DNA of 64,000 nucleotides, taken from contig CAWCXJ010000001.1 in NCBI GenBank assembly GCA_963799485.1, positions 160,001 to 224,000 on the forward strand. Reading direction: 5' to 3'. The notes beneath the pieces were generated by a model. That model had not been told where the DNA came from, did no database searches, and saw nothing but the letters and a program-made list of their open reading frames with translations. Of this stretch, positions 41,294 through 53,540 are shown piece after piece. The stretch's first letter is position 1. Each line of letters opens with the position of its first letter. The position numbers were made by a program, and so were the translations under genes. The DNA comes from an uncultured Trueperaceae bacterium (GTDB taxonomy: Bacteria; Deinococcota; Deinococci; Deinococcales; Trueperaceae).

Positions 41294-42133
41294 CTAATGT
41301 TTTACCGTTCGGACTCGAGCAGGAAGCTCAGCTCCCTGCTCGTTTTTTACCGCAACGTTGTAGTGCTGCGCCAACACCTCACCGACGACCTCATCTTCCG
41401 CAATCCCCCTGGCCTTCGCCTCCTCCCGGTACGCTTCGATAACTGCTTCAGGAAGCCGTAAAAGCTCACTGCGCCTGCTCCGGTCGCGGACGCGGTAGTT
41501 GTAAAGCGCGTTGACGCCCAAAACCCAACCCGCGCCGAGCGCGATTCCGGCTAAAACGTCGGACGGATAGTGAACTTGCAAGTAGAGCCTCGAGGCGCTC
41601 ACCGACAGGCAAAAGAGCAGCCCGAGAGTGCCCGCAAGCCATTGCCACTTGGGGGCGAGTCGCCGCACGACGAAAAAGAGCGTCAGGGCAAAGACCGCAC
41701 TGCCGGTCGCGTGACCACTCGGAAACGACGGTGAAGCGGTCTGCCAGTAGTTCACATCGGGGAATAGTTCGGGCCGGGGACGCGCTAAAACAACCTTGGT
41801 CAAACCCATAATGACCGACGCGCCGACCATGCTGACGGCAAAGAACACCGCCTCACGGTGACTCTTAAACCATAAAAAGATAATGAGCAGGGTGGAGAGT
41901 GCGATCATGACCTCGAGCCCACCTACCGTGCTCAGTGCGAGGGCAATCTGCGTCAAGGTCGGGGAAACGAAACCGTAAAACCAGGTTAAGACCGGCACGT
42001 CGAAAAAGAACCCCTGTTTTTCGTAGATTTGGTCGGTTAATTCGGCGAACGCCCAGAGACCGCCGAGCAGAATACCCCAGTAGAGCAGGAGTCGCCACGA
42101 GAGGCGTGAGAGTAAGGTCTTGATGACGTCCAT
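41294..42133 (-). CDS. PAP2-family membrane phosphatase
   Basis: KxxxxRPRP, SFPSGH, SRLYLQVHYPSDV. Confidence 0.93.
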   Translation of the reverse strand: MDVIKTLLSRLSWRLLLYWGILLGGLWAFAELTDQIYEKQGFFFDVPVLTWFYGFVSPTLTQIALALSTVGGLEVMIALSTLLIIFLWFKSHREAVFFAVSMVGASVIMGLTKVVLARPRPELFPDVNYWQTASPSFPSGHATGSAVFALTLFFVVRRLAPKWQWLAGTLGLLFCLSVSASRLYLQVHYPSDVLAGIALGAGWVLGVNALYNYRVRDRSRRSELLRLPEAVIEAYREEAKARGIAEDEVVGEVLAQHYNVAVKNEQGAELPARVRTVKH

Positions 42134-42220
42134 AAGGGTACTTTAACAGTCCGGCACAAGCGGACGCACAGACAGTTGAAGCTTAGAAACTTTTCCTCTA
42201 AACCTGATAAAATCGGGCTG

Positions 42221-43108
42221 ATGGCCCGTCCAGATCAAGACTACGAACGTTTTGTTCAGAATGTCTATCAAACGCTTTTGAATGCTGAAGGCAAAGATAC
42301 AGTTGAGGTCGAGAGAGATATCAAGCTTAAAGGTATAAGCGGGCAAGAACATCAGATTGACGTCTACTGGAAATACAAGCAGGCTGGCATAACTTACGAG
42401 ACTGCTGTCGAATGCAAACTATACAAGAAAACCGTTAATGTTGGCAGAATTAGAGATTTTCAGGGCGTTCTAACTGATATACGTGGCCTACGTGGAGTCT
42501 TTGCTACTAAATTGGGATATCAATCTGGCGCGAAGATGTACGCCAAAGCGTACAACATAAGACTGCTTGTAATCAGAGAACCTGAAGAGAAAGACTACGA
42601 TTGGAGAACTCTGAACGTAGAACTTTTTGGTTCGTATGCAAAATTGTTGAGAGAACGACTTCAAGTAATACCTGACTTGAATTGGTATTTGGCACAAGGG
42701 TTACATCCTGAAGATAGAGAAGTTGCAGTATCTGGAGACGGTTCAGATATCTTTCTGGAGAATAGGTCTACAGGTGAGCGAAAAACAATGCTCGACATCC
42801 AGCGAGAATTAGATATTTTTGCACAAAATTTAGTTGTGGGAGGCCAACACAGCCGAGTCTTTCCAAACGACAAAGAGAGAGACGAGAGATTTGAAGACAC
42901 CTGGCTCCATTTTTCAAAGGATGATTCTATAGAACCTGTCAAGATATCCCAGCTCGAGGTTCCTTACGTGGTCGCCAAAGGTTTTTGGGTATTTGAACTC
43001 GAGCAAGTAACAGAGAACCACCACGTAATCGTGCGGGATGATTTAGATGACGAGCATACATTTTATGACAAAGAAGGCCGCGAAACTGGCAAGAAGTTTC
43101 GCTACTAA
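42221..43108 (+). CDS. Orphan restriction endonuclease (Mrr-like PD-(D/E)xK)
   Basis: YERFV, EHQIDVY, VECK, GYQSGA; low GC. Confidence 0.85.
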   Translation: MARPDQDYERFVQNVYQTLLNAEGKDTVEVERDIKLKGISGQEHQIDVYWKYKQAGITYETAVECKLYKKTVNVGRIRDFQGVLTDIRGLRGVFATKLGYQSGAKMYAKAYNIRLLVIREPEEKDYDWRTLNVELFGSYAKLLRERLQVIPDLNWYLAQGLHPEDREVAVSGDGSDIFLENRSTGERKTMLDIQRELDIFAQNLVVGGQHSRVFPNDKERDERFEDTWLHFSKDDSIEPVKISQLEVPYVVAKGFWVFELEQVTENHHVIVRDDLDDEHTFYDKEGRETGKKFRY

Positions 43109-43148
43109 CTATGCTCGCCAAAATTTAAGGGGCAATTGCGCCCCTTGC

Positions 43149-45659
<2,511 letters not shown>

Positions 45660-45691
45660 GATGTCTCCACTATAGTTCAGAAGGACGTGAC

Positions 45692-45794
45692 AAAAGAAAA
45701 ACCCTAACCAAAGGCTAGGGCAGAGGGGCGCGTAGGGGTACGCTTACGGCCTCGGCCCACCGGGTAAGAGTAGCTTGGACGTATGCAAGAACAT
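45692..45794 (-). promoter_or_regulatory. Leucine attenuator: leader peptide MFLHTSKLLLPGGPRP plus antiterminator and terminator
   Basis: ORF 45794-45744 with CTA-CTC-TTA; terminator GCCCTAGCC/GGTTAGGGT plus U-run; promoter TTGACT-17-TACCAT. Confidence 0.85.
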
Positions 45795-45892
45795 AAATGT
45801 ATGGTAGGCGGTTAGGGCAACATAGTCAAGTATAAACCAAAGTATACACACCTCTAGGATTGACTTACTATTGAAGCTTAGTCAGCAAAAGC

Positions 45893-46669
45893 TCAACCAT
45901 AAAAAAGCTCAAAAAAGTACAAGTACAAATTTGAATATAGTTCTCTCACTGCTTCCATATATGGATTCACTAAAAGGAGTACAAGATATAAGGCTAATCC
46001 AATAGACATTGTGCCTATCGCAAGTGCCACAGGAAAAAGAACCATAGCTAAGATTCCAGGCACCCACACGGGGATTTCTGGTAGCTTCCTGCGCCTTAAG
46101 GTTTGTTCTATGTGTCGATCTAATTGTTTGCTCTGTTCTACTTTTTGGATACCTATCTGGGCATTTATAGAACCAAAGTTGAGAATAGTTATTGTGGCCA
46201 TCTTTCTTATGCGTTCATCGGCAGCTTGACGTGTGTTGTCAACTTCACTCGAAAGTTCTTCTCCTATTTTCTCGTTTATGAAGCTTTGAATTATTCTATC
46301 AGATTCACCATCAGACAGACCTGCTCGTTTGAGTCTGCGTATCGCATTTATGCTAGCCATCTTTAGAACTTTCTCCTTCCTGCTAAAGAACCCACTATGT
46401 TTTTCTAATGTATAGCAATAAATTAGGTTACTCATTCTCTCGTCGGAATTTCCGCCTAAGAACAACCATTGTATAAGCCGTAAAAACCTTGTTTCTAGAA
46501 ACAGGATTATAGATGCTGCTACCAGTGCTGTTATTGCGCTCAAAGTTTTTGTGGCATATAGAACATCAGCTATTACATAAGTAACCAATGCAGTCGCCGC
46601 AACTGTCAGAAGAATTATTACTTTCCCTACTATTGAAATAATGGCCTGTCTATACGTTATATTCGACAT
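45893..46669 (-). CDS. Low-GC hypothetical membrane protein
   Basis: 258-aa ORF with N- and C-terminal TM pairs; AT-rich. Confidence 0.7.
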   Translation of the reverse strand: MSNITYRQAIISIVGKVIILLTVAATALVTYVIADVLYATKTLSAITALVAASIILFLETRFLRLIQWLFLGGNSDERMSNLIYCYTLEKHSGFFSRKEKVLKMASINAIRRLKRAGLSDGESDRIIQSFINEKIGEELSSEVDNTRQAADERIRKMATITILNFGSINAQIGIQKVEQSKQLDRHIEQTLRRRKLPEIPVWVPGILAMVLFPVALAIGTMSIGLALYLVLLLVNPYMEAVRELYSNLYLYFFELFYG

Positions 46670-46804
46670 TCTGACTTATGATAACTCAGTGAGAGATACA
46701 CAATCAAATTTGTACTGACGCATTCACCTCTGATGATGGCAAAAGCCAGTAAGTAAACAGACAAGCAGATGCCCTAGGCTAACTTGACTGCAAAATTACA
46801 TCGT

Positions 46805-47284
46805 TTACCTTATGTCTAACTGTTGTCGCTGTTGCTTCCCTATATTATCTGTCCACACTACAACTATATTTTCAGGGCTAGGTAAGTAGCTTTTAAGTTC
46901 AAACTCAAACGTTGTGCAACTTTTGGGTTCGAGGGTTGGCTCATACCCTTTTAGACTTGTACGTTTGAAAGTGGGATAGACATCTAGGCGTATGTCACCC
47001 ACGAAAAACTGCGCTTGGTAAGCAGTACCATTGCCAATGTTCCTTACAAAAGCTGTTAGACTTTTATCCCAACGCCCTAGCGTTTCAATAGCAAACGAAG
47101 CCTGCTTCTTTGAAGCTTGTTCACTTTCATGGCGCTCCGATTCTATTGCGAGTAAGCGTTTTTGTATATCGTTCGCTACTCTAGCAGAGTTACAAGCGGA
47201 CAATTTGCTCTGCCATGCTATGAAAGCGGAGACTACAGCAACGATTTCGGGCAGTAAATTAACTAAATTGGTAAAAAAGCTCAT
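46805..47284 (-). CDS. Low-GC hypothetical protein (TM, coiled coil, Ig-like)
   Basis: 159-aa ORF, VRNIGNGTAY motif. Confidence 0.7.
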   Translation of the reverse strand: MSFFTNLVNLLPEIVAVVSAFIAWQSKLSACNSARVANDIQKRLLAIESERHESEQASKKQASFAIETLGRWDKSLTAFVRNIGNGTAYQAQFFVGDIRLDVYPTFKRTSLKGYEPTLEPKSCTTFEFELKSYLPSPENIVVVWTDNIGKQQRQQLDIR

Positions 47285-47417
47285 ACGCTGAGTACATCAT
47301 TTGTAGCAGCAAGAGATTGTTTTTTGAAACATCTTAATAGATAGTCTGTCTGCATCTTTGTAAACATTTTGTTGCCCGAGCAACGCTGACCCTTAATAAT
47401 TTAGGTACTATAACGTC

Positions 47418-48407
47418 ATGAATCCTAAAGTCAACCCTCTAAGTCGGCGTCCGGCTCAGAAGCGCCTGGTGATTGCCGTGCGCGGGGCCGCCGGAACCGG
47501 CAAAAGTTACTTTGCGGCTTCCCTCGCGGACGCGGGCGTCGGTCGGCTCCTGTTTTTCGATGTCGAGCGCAAATCAAGATTGTTGCCGGGCGCAACCGGC
47601 GACACGCCCAAATTCGACGCCGTAGAGGTGCATCACCCTGACGAACTGCCGGAGTTTATAGACTGGGCCTTGGACGGCGAAGGCAAAGAGCAGCATTATG
47701 GGGCTTACGCGCTCGATTCGTGGAGTCTGTACTTTGCCCGTAAACACCGCGAGACGCTCCGGGCCGTGCGGGAGAAAACGGGCGACCCGACCGCGCCACC
47801 GACCGCCGACCAGCTGCAAGACGACCAGGTGCTCTACCAGGAGGTTTTACGGCGGCTTTGTATGGATTCGGGTGCGTGCGTGGTGATTACCGACCACATC
47901 GCCGCAAAGGGTAAAGAGCAGGTCGAAGAAAACGAGTTGGGGCAGGTGGTGCCGATTACGCGTGGCGGCTTGGAGTACTTTATCGATGTGATGCTCGAGC
48001 TGTCCCTCCGCGCCGACGGTTTTGAAACCAAACGCATCGGTACCGTTGTAAAGAGCAACAGCGACCATTTCCCGATTGGGCTCGAGCTTGAAGAACCGAC
48101 CTTCGGCGCGCTGCTCGCGCAGATGGACGACGTACCCAAACCGGCGCAGGACGACATTCCCGAGTTTTTGAAGCTTGACGAAACGCCTGTAGAAACCGGG
48201 CCGAGCCTCGAGGATGTGGTCAAGCAAGCCGAGACTTACGGCCTCGACCGCGCCAAACTGCTGCTCGCTGCCCGGAGCTATCACAAAGTTACGGCGTTAG
48301 AACAGCTTAGCGAGGCTCAGCGCAGCGACTTGTTAGCGCGGATGGCGGAGAAATTCGGTGCTGCCCAGCGCGTAAAAGCGTCAGATAAAAAAGCCTACGC
48401 GAACTAG
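47418..48407 (+). CDS. AAA_24/Sak4-like RecA-fold ATPase
   Basis: GAAGTGKS Walker A, FFDVE, YALDS Walker B, LEYFIDVMLEL. Confidence 0.75.
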   Translation: MNPKVNPLSRRPAQKRLVIAVRGAAGTGKSYFAASLADAGVGRLLFFDVERKSRLLPGATGDTPKFDAVEVHHPDELPEFIDWALDGEGKEQHYGAYALDSWSLYFARKHRETLRAVREKTGDPTAPPTADQLQDDQVLYQEVLRRLCMDSGACVVITDHIAAKGKEQVEENELGQVVPITRGGLEYFIDVMLELSLRADGFETKRIGTVVKSNSDHFPIGLELEEPTFGALLAQMDDVPKPAQDDIPEFLKLDETPVETGPSLEDVVKQAETYGLDRAKLLLAARSYHKVTALEQLSEAQRSDLLARMAEKFGAAQRVKASDKKAYAN

Positions 48408-48445
48408 CAGGTGAGCCCGTCCCGAATGTCTGATAGCCTGTAGCG

Positions 48446-49381
48446 ATGACAGACATCTATACAGACATCTGTATGGTCGGGAGCGCTATGACAGACCTTA
48501 CGGTGCGGGTGCCGAGGCTGCCGGAACCGGGGGAGACGATCTTCGGTAGGGGCTTTTCTGAAGGTTTCGGCGGTAAAGGTTCGAATCAGGCGGTGATGGC
48601 GGCAAGGTTGGGGGCCAAAGTCAGCGTCGTCGTCAAGCTCGGTGGGGACGATTACGGCGACAAAACGCTGCAGAACTACCGCGCAGAAGGTATCGACACG
48701 GCGTTCGTCGGGCGGGCTCCCGGTGCGTCGGGTATTGCGCTGATTACGGTTGCAGAATCCGGCGAAAACGTGATTTCTCTTGCGCCGGGAGCCAACACGA
48801 CACTTTCTCCGGAAGACGTGGCGGGCGCGGCGGCGGCGGTGCAGGGGGCGGCAGTCTTGGTGGCGCAGCTCGAGACGCCCCTAGACGCGACCCTGGCGGC
48901 GTTTCGCCTCGCCAAAGGGGGAAAAACCCGAACCATCTTAAATCCGGCTCCGGCAGCCGAACTACCCGCCGAGCTGCTCTCATTGACCGATATCTTGATT
49001 CCTAACGAGGTCGAGGCGGGGATGCTCTTGGGACGGCGTGTGGGAACGCTCGAGGAAGCAGGGGAGGCTGCCGTGGCGCTGCTCGAGCTTGGCCCCAGAG
49101 CTGTAGTCATTACCCTGGGCAAACGCGGCGCACTCTTTGCCGGAACGGACGACGGGCCGCAGCATATTCCGGTAGACGCCGTAAACGCCGTCGATACGAC
49201 GGGTGCAGGCGACGCCTTTGTCGGGTCGCTCGCATATTTTTCTGCCTGTCAACCCAACCTGCCGTTTAGGGAAGCCGTGACCAGGGCCTGCCGCCTTGCG
49301 GCGCTCACCGTCGAGAAGTCCGGCGCACAAAGTTCGTACCCGCAGCGCGTAGAGGCAGCCGCTATTGTCGAAGCCACTTGA
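48446..49381 (+). CDS. rbsK: Ribokinase (PfkB family)
   Basis: GGKGSNQA, NPAPA, PNEVE, DTTGAGDAF. Confidence 0.9.
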   Translation: MTDIYTDICMVGSAMTDLTVRVPRLPEPGETIFGRGFSEGFGGKGSNQAVMAARLGAKVSVVVKLGGDDYGDKTLQNYRAEGIDTAFVGRAPGASGIALITVAESGENVISLAPGANTTLSPEDVAGAAAAVQGAAVLVAQLETPLDATLAAFRLAKGGKTRTILNPAPAAELPAELLSLTDILIPNEVEAGMLLGRRVGTLEEAGEAAVALLELGPRAVVITLGKRGALFAGTDDGPQHIPVDAVNAVDTTGAGDAFVGSLAYFSACQPNLPFREAVTRACRLAALTVEKSGAQSSYPQRVEAAAIVEAT

Positions 49382-49413
49382 GCGTCGGGGAGCGTACACC
49401 GCGTGGCAGCGGT

Positions 49414-49509
49414 CTGCGGCGCGTGTACAGTTTAGGTATTCATTCGCTTCAGCGATGCCGGCGGCGTCGGCGTCGTTGACTGCGGCGCGTGTATAGTTTA
49501 GGTATTCAT
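49414..49509. repeat. 30-bp direct repeat pair with 36-bp spacer
   Basis: CTGCGGCGCGTGTAYAGTTTAGGTATTCAT at 49414-43 and 49480-509. Confidence 0.8.
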
Positions 49510-49594
49510 AAGCGTCTCAGCCGGGAGCTGGGCAGCGCACAAGGAGCCTAAACATGCACATGTTCGGCGTTGGCAATCTGAAGGCGAGGGTATA

Positions 49595-50962
49595 GTGACG
49601 CAACTTAGTCTGACAGCTCTAGAAGAACGTTTTAGTGAGCTCAAACCTCCGCTGAGCGCACGTGAAGCGAAGCTCGAGGCCAACCGTTGCCTCTACTGTT
49701 TCGACGCGCCCTGTATAAGCGCGTGTCCGACCAGTATCGATGTGCCGACGTTTATCCGCAAAATTTCAACCGACAACGTGACCGGGGCCGCCGTAACCAT
49801 TTTGGAAGCCAACCTGATAGCGGCAACCTGCGCCCGCGTCTGCCCGGTCGAAGAGCTGTGCGAAGGGGCGTGTGTTTTAGGCGGCGACCACAAACCCATC
49901 GAAATCGGGCGGTTGCAGCGTTATGCGATGGACTATATCTACGAAAAGCAAAAATTGCCGTTTACTCCGGCCCCTGCCAACGGCCTGCGTGTCGCGGTCG
50001 TCGGCGCCGGCCCGGCAGGGCTTTCGTGTGCGGGCGAGCTCGCCAAGCTCGGCTACGCGGTTACGGTTTTCGAAAAAAACCCGCTCCCCGGCGGGTTGTC
50101 CACCTACGGCATCGTGGTGATGCGAGAACCGATTCGGGTGGCGTTAGAAGAAGTTGCGCTTGTCGAGGCGCTCGGGGTAGAGGTCAAAACGGGCGTCACG
50201 GTCGGGCAAGACGTGAGCGCCGACGAACTTTTAAGCGATTTCGACGCGGTGTTTCTAGGTGTCGGGATGGGGTCGGTGCCGCATCTGGGGATTCCCGGCG
50301 AGGAGTTAGAGGGCGTCACTGAGGCGTTATCGTTTATCGCCGAAACCAAACTCGCCGAAAAAGACGGGTTGGAGCACCTGCGAGCGCTCCCTGTCGGGCG
50401 GCACGTCGCCGTAATCGGCGCGGGCAACACCGCTATCGACGCGGCGACGATTGCCAAACGGTTGGGCGCGGAGCGCGTGACGCTCGTTTACCGGCGCGGC
50501 GAAGACCAGATGACGGCCTACGACTTTGAGTACAGCTTTATCAAGCATGAGGGCGTGGAGTTTCGGTTTCTCAGTCAGCCGCTGCGCATTTTGGGTGAAA
50601 ACGGGCGGGTCGTGGGGCTCGAGTGCCTCCGCGTCGAACTCGGCGCACCCGGACCCGACGGGCGGGCGCTCCCTGAACCCGTAGCGGGCAGCGAGTTCGT
50701 CATCCCCTGCGACCAAGTGATTAAAGCGATTGGGCAAGAAAAACGCTTTGACCTGTATGCTCATTTCGGCTTGGAGCAAAACCGCGGCTACCTCGAGGTA
50801 AACGAAAACTTGCGCACTACGAACCCCAAAATCTTTGCGGGCGGCGACTGTATCCGCGCCACCGGCGACGCGATGACCGTCACCGCGACGCAGGACGGTA
50901 AAATCGCGGCGCAGGGTATTCACGCGCAGCTTTCTCCCGAAGCCGCCGATACACTACACTAG
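49595..50962 (+). CDS. preT: Dihydropyrimidine dehydrogenase subunit (GltD-like)
   Basis: RCLYCFDAPC, CARVCP, GAGPAG, GAGNTAID; context. Confidence 0.9.
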   Translation: MTQLSLTALEERFSELKPPLSAREAKLEANRCLYCFDAPCISACPTSIDVPTFIRKISTDNVTGAAVTILEANLIAATCARVCPVEELCEGACVLGGDHKPIEIGRLQRYAMDYIYEKQKLPFTPAPANGLRVAVVGAGPAGLSCAGELAKLGYAVTVFEKNPLPGGLSTYGIVVMREPIRVALEEVALVEALGVEVKTGVTVGQDVSADELLSDFDAVFLGVGMGSVPHLGIPGEELEGVTEALSFIAETKLAEKDGLEHLRALPVGRHVAVIGAGNTAIDAATIAKRLGAERVTLVYRRGEDQMTAYDFEYSFIKHEGVEFRFLSQPLRILGENGRVVGLECLRVELGAPGPDGRALPEPVAGSEFVIPCDQVIKAIGQEKRFDLYAHFGLEQNRGYLEVNENLRTTNPKIFAGGDCIRATGDAMTVTATQDGKIAAQGIHAQLSPEAADTLH

Positions 50963-50965
50963 TCT

Positions 50966-51415
50966 ATGGACACCTTGGCGAAACCAACCTACGAAGAGGA
51001 CTTCGTGCTGTGGCTCGAGCATCAAGCTGAACTTTTACGGCAAGGGCGCGTGGGTGAGCTTGACCTTGAAAACCTGGCCGAGGAGGTTGACGACATCGGA
51101 CGGAGCCAGCGGCGTGCGGTCGAAAGCGAACTCACTATCATTCTCATTCACCTGCTCAAATATCAGTTTCAGCCCTCAAAACGGAGCCGCAGCTGGCTGG
51201 ACACCCTGCTCGAACACCGTGGGCGCTTGGCTAGAGACTTTCGCGTCAGTAAGAGCTTAAGGTTTCACGCGGAAACTGAGCTAGCTGACCTTTACAGGCT
51301 TGCCCGTAAACGGGCTGCAGTTCAAACGCGACTGCCGCTCACCACGTTTCCTGAAACCAGCCCCTACACCCTCGAGCAAACCCTAAACGAAGACTTTTTC
51401 CCGGAGGGCTCTTGA
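50966..51415 (+). CDS. DUF29 domain protein
   Basis: YEEDFVLW, LDLENLAEE, HLLKYQFQ, FPETSPY. Confidence 0.9.
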   Translation: MDTLAKPTYEEDFVLWLEHQAELLRQGRVGELDLENLAEEVDDIGRSQRRAVESELTIILIHLLKYQFQPSKRSRSWLDTLLEHRGRLARDFRVSKSLRFHAETELADLYRLARKRAAVQTRLPLTTFPETSPYTLEQTLNEDFFPEGS

Positions 51416-52770
51416 TGGCTGACCTTGCTACCAATTTTTGCGGCGTTAAAAGCCCCAACCCGTTCTGGCTCGCGTCGGCCCCGCCAACGAACACTGCGTA
51501 CCAAATCAACAAAGCGTTCGAGTACGGTTGGGGCGGTGCGGTTTGGAAGACTATCGGCACACCTGTTCTGAACGTCTCGTCACGGTACGGCGGCTGGGAG
51601 TATAACGGCAACAAGCTGGCTGCCATCAACAACATCGAGCTGATTTCGGACAGGCCGCTAGCCGTAAACCTGCGCGAAATCGCCGAGGTCAAACGGCTCT
51701 GGCCTGAGCGCGCCGTCATCGTCTCGGCGATGTTCGAGTCCGACCCGAAGGTTTGGGCCGACGCCGTAAAACGCATCGAGGATACCGGCGCGGACGCCAT
51801 CGAACTCAACTACGGCTGCCCACACGGCATGTCGGAGCGCGGCATGGGTTCAGCCGTCGGGCAAGTTCCGGAATACTGCACGATGATTACCGAGTGGGTC
51901 ACGTCGGTGGCGAGCATCCCCGTAATCGTCAAATTGACGCCGAACATCACCGACATCAAGATGCCCGCTCGAGCTGCAATAGATGGTCACGCAAATGCTT
52001 TATCACTCATCAACACGATTAACTCGGTGGTTGGGGTAGATTTGGATTCGTTTCAACTCCGGCCCAACGTCGGTGGTAAAGGTGGACACGGCGGTTACGC
52101 GGGGCCCGCCGTAAAACCGATTGCGCTCAGTATGCTCAGCGAAGTGATGCAACTGCCTGAAACGCAGCGTTATCAGATTCCGGTTTCGGGTATGGGCGGC
52201 ATTCAAACCTGGCGCGACGCCGCCGAGTTTCTTCTTTTAGGTGCAACGAGTTTGCAGGTCTGCACGGCGGTCATGCACTACGGCTTTCGCCTCATCGAAG
52301 ACCTGACCGACGGTTTATCGAACTGGTTGGACGATAAAGGTGCTACCAGCATCCAGGAAATTATCGGCGCGTCGGCCCCGCGCTATTCACCCTTTAACGA
52401 ACTCGATCTGTCATACAAAGTCGTCGCGCGAATTGATGAGCGCACGTGTATCAACTGCAACCTCTGCTTTGTGGCGTGTGATGAGGGCGCGCATCAGTGC
52501 ATCGACCTGACCGTAAACGGCGCGAAAATCGACCCGGCGACGTATCGCGGCGACGTAAAAGCACAACCTGTAGTGCGTGAAGACGACTGCGTGGGGTGTA
52601 ACCTCTGCTCGCTGGTGTGTCCGGTAGACGGCTGCATTTCGATGATTGAGATGCCTTCGGGTAGAGATTCCGTGACCTGGGGCGAGATCACGGCGGAGCA
52701 GCCGGAAGTGACCAGTCAGTGGGACGAGATGGAACGTTACCGGGCGGCAAAAGGTATCGAAATTCACTAG
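51415..52770 (+). CDS. preA: Dihydropyrimidine dehydrogenase subunit PreA
   Basis: PFWLASAPP, NNIELI, NYGCPHGM, KLTPN, two C-terminal 4Fe-4S motifs. Confidence 0.95.
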   Translation: MADLATNFCGVKSPNPFWLASAPPTNTAYQINKAFEYGWGGAVWKTIGTPVLNVSSRYGGWEYNGNKLAAINNIELISDRPLAVNLREIAEVKRLWPERAVIVSAMFESDPKVWADAVKRIEDTGADAIELNYGCPHGMSERGMGSAVGQVPEYCTMITEWVTSVASIPVIVKLTPNITDIKMPARAAIDGHANALSLINTINSVVGVDLDSFQLRPNVGGKGGHGGYAGPAVKPIALSMLSEVMQLPETQRYQIPVSGMGGIQTWRDAAEFLLLGATSLQVCTAVMHYGFRLIEDLTDGLSNWLDDKGATSIQEIIGASAPRYSPFNELDLSYKVVARIDERTCINCNLCFVACDEGAHQCIDLTVNGAKIDPATYRGDVKAQPVVREDDCVGCNLCSLVCPVDGCISMIEMPSGRDSVTWGEITAEQPEVTSQWDEMERYRAAKGIEIH

Positions 52771-52806
52771 CCTCGAGCAAAGATTTTCTGAGAGTATGAT
52801 TCTGCC

Positions 52807-53073
52807 ATGACCAAAACGCTCCTCAAAACCGCCCCCGACGGCAGCGTCACCATCCCCAAGGAGCTTTTGGGCGACGCCCCACCCGGTACGGCATTTCGCT
52901 TAGAGCGTGAGGGAAAGGTGCTGCGGCTCGAGCCCGCCCCCCGTAAACTCCACGAGATTAAAGACCCGGAGGAGCGCGCAAGAGCCGTCGATGACTTCAT
53001 GAACCGTATCGCTCACAAAACCGGTGTGGACTGGCCCGAAAATTATAACTTCAGAGATGATATCTACGACTAG
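52807..53073 (+). CDS. AbrB/MazE-like antitoxin
   Basis: GSVTIPKEL motif, coupled to PIN gene. Confidence 0.75.
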   Translation: MTKTLLKTAPDGSVTIPKELLGDAPPGTAFRLEREGKVLRLEPAPRKLHEIKDPEERARAVDDFMNRIAHKTGVDWPENYNFRDDIYD

Positions 53074-53513
53074 TGCGTTATCTCCTCGATACGAATATCG
53101 TGCTGAGAACCGTTAATCCAGACAATGGGCTCTATCCGATGGTGTCTCGAGCCGTCCAGAATCTCTCTATTCAAGGCCACGAACTTGTTATCGTGCCCCA
53201 AGTTATCTATGAGTTTTGGTCGGTAGCAAGTAGGCCCGCGACCGTCAATGGTTTCGGTTGGCCATTAACAACTGTCCGCACGGTCATCAATGACTTAATG
53301 CAGGAATGGACACTTTTAGATGATACCCCGGAAGTTTTTGACCTTTGGCTCGAGCTTGTCACCACCCACCAGGTTTCAGGTAAACAGATTCACGACGCCC
53401 GGTTAGCTGCGTCGCTAAAAGCGCACGACGTTGAAGCTCTGCTGACCCTTAACGGCGACGACTTCAGTCGCTTCGACGTCCGCGTCGTCCATCCCCAAGA
53501 AGTGGCAGAATAA
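53073..53513 (+). CDS. vapC: VapC-family PIN toxin
   Basis: LLDTN, YEFW, IHDARL, LTLNGDDF. Confidence 0.88.
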   Translation: MRYLLDTNIVLRTVNPDNGLYPMVSRAVQNLSIQGHELVIVPQVIYEFWSVASRPATVNGFGWPLTTVRTVINDLMQEWTLLDDTPEVFDLWLELVTTHQVSGKQIHDARLAASLKAHDVEALLTLNGDDFSRFDVRVVHPQEVAE

Positions 53514-53540
53514 ACGAGCAACAGCAGCAAGGAGGATTGT

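Noticed and set aside
47401..47418. Radiation/desiccation response motif before the Sak4-like gene
   Set aside because: TTAGGT-N6-ACGTCA has the wrong spacer length and mismatched arms
49414..49509. CRISPR array
   Set aside because: Two repeats only, non-palindromic, no cas genes or leader; kept as an unexplained repeat
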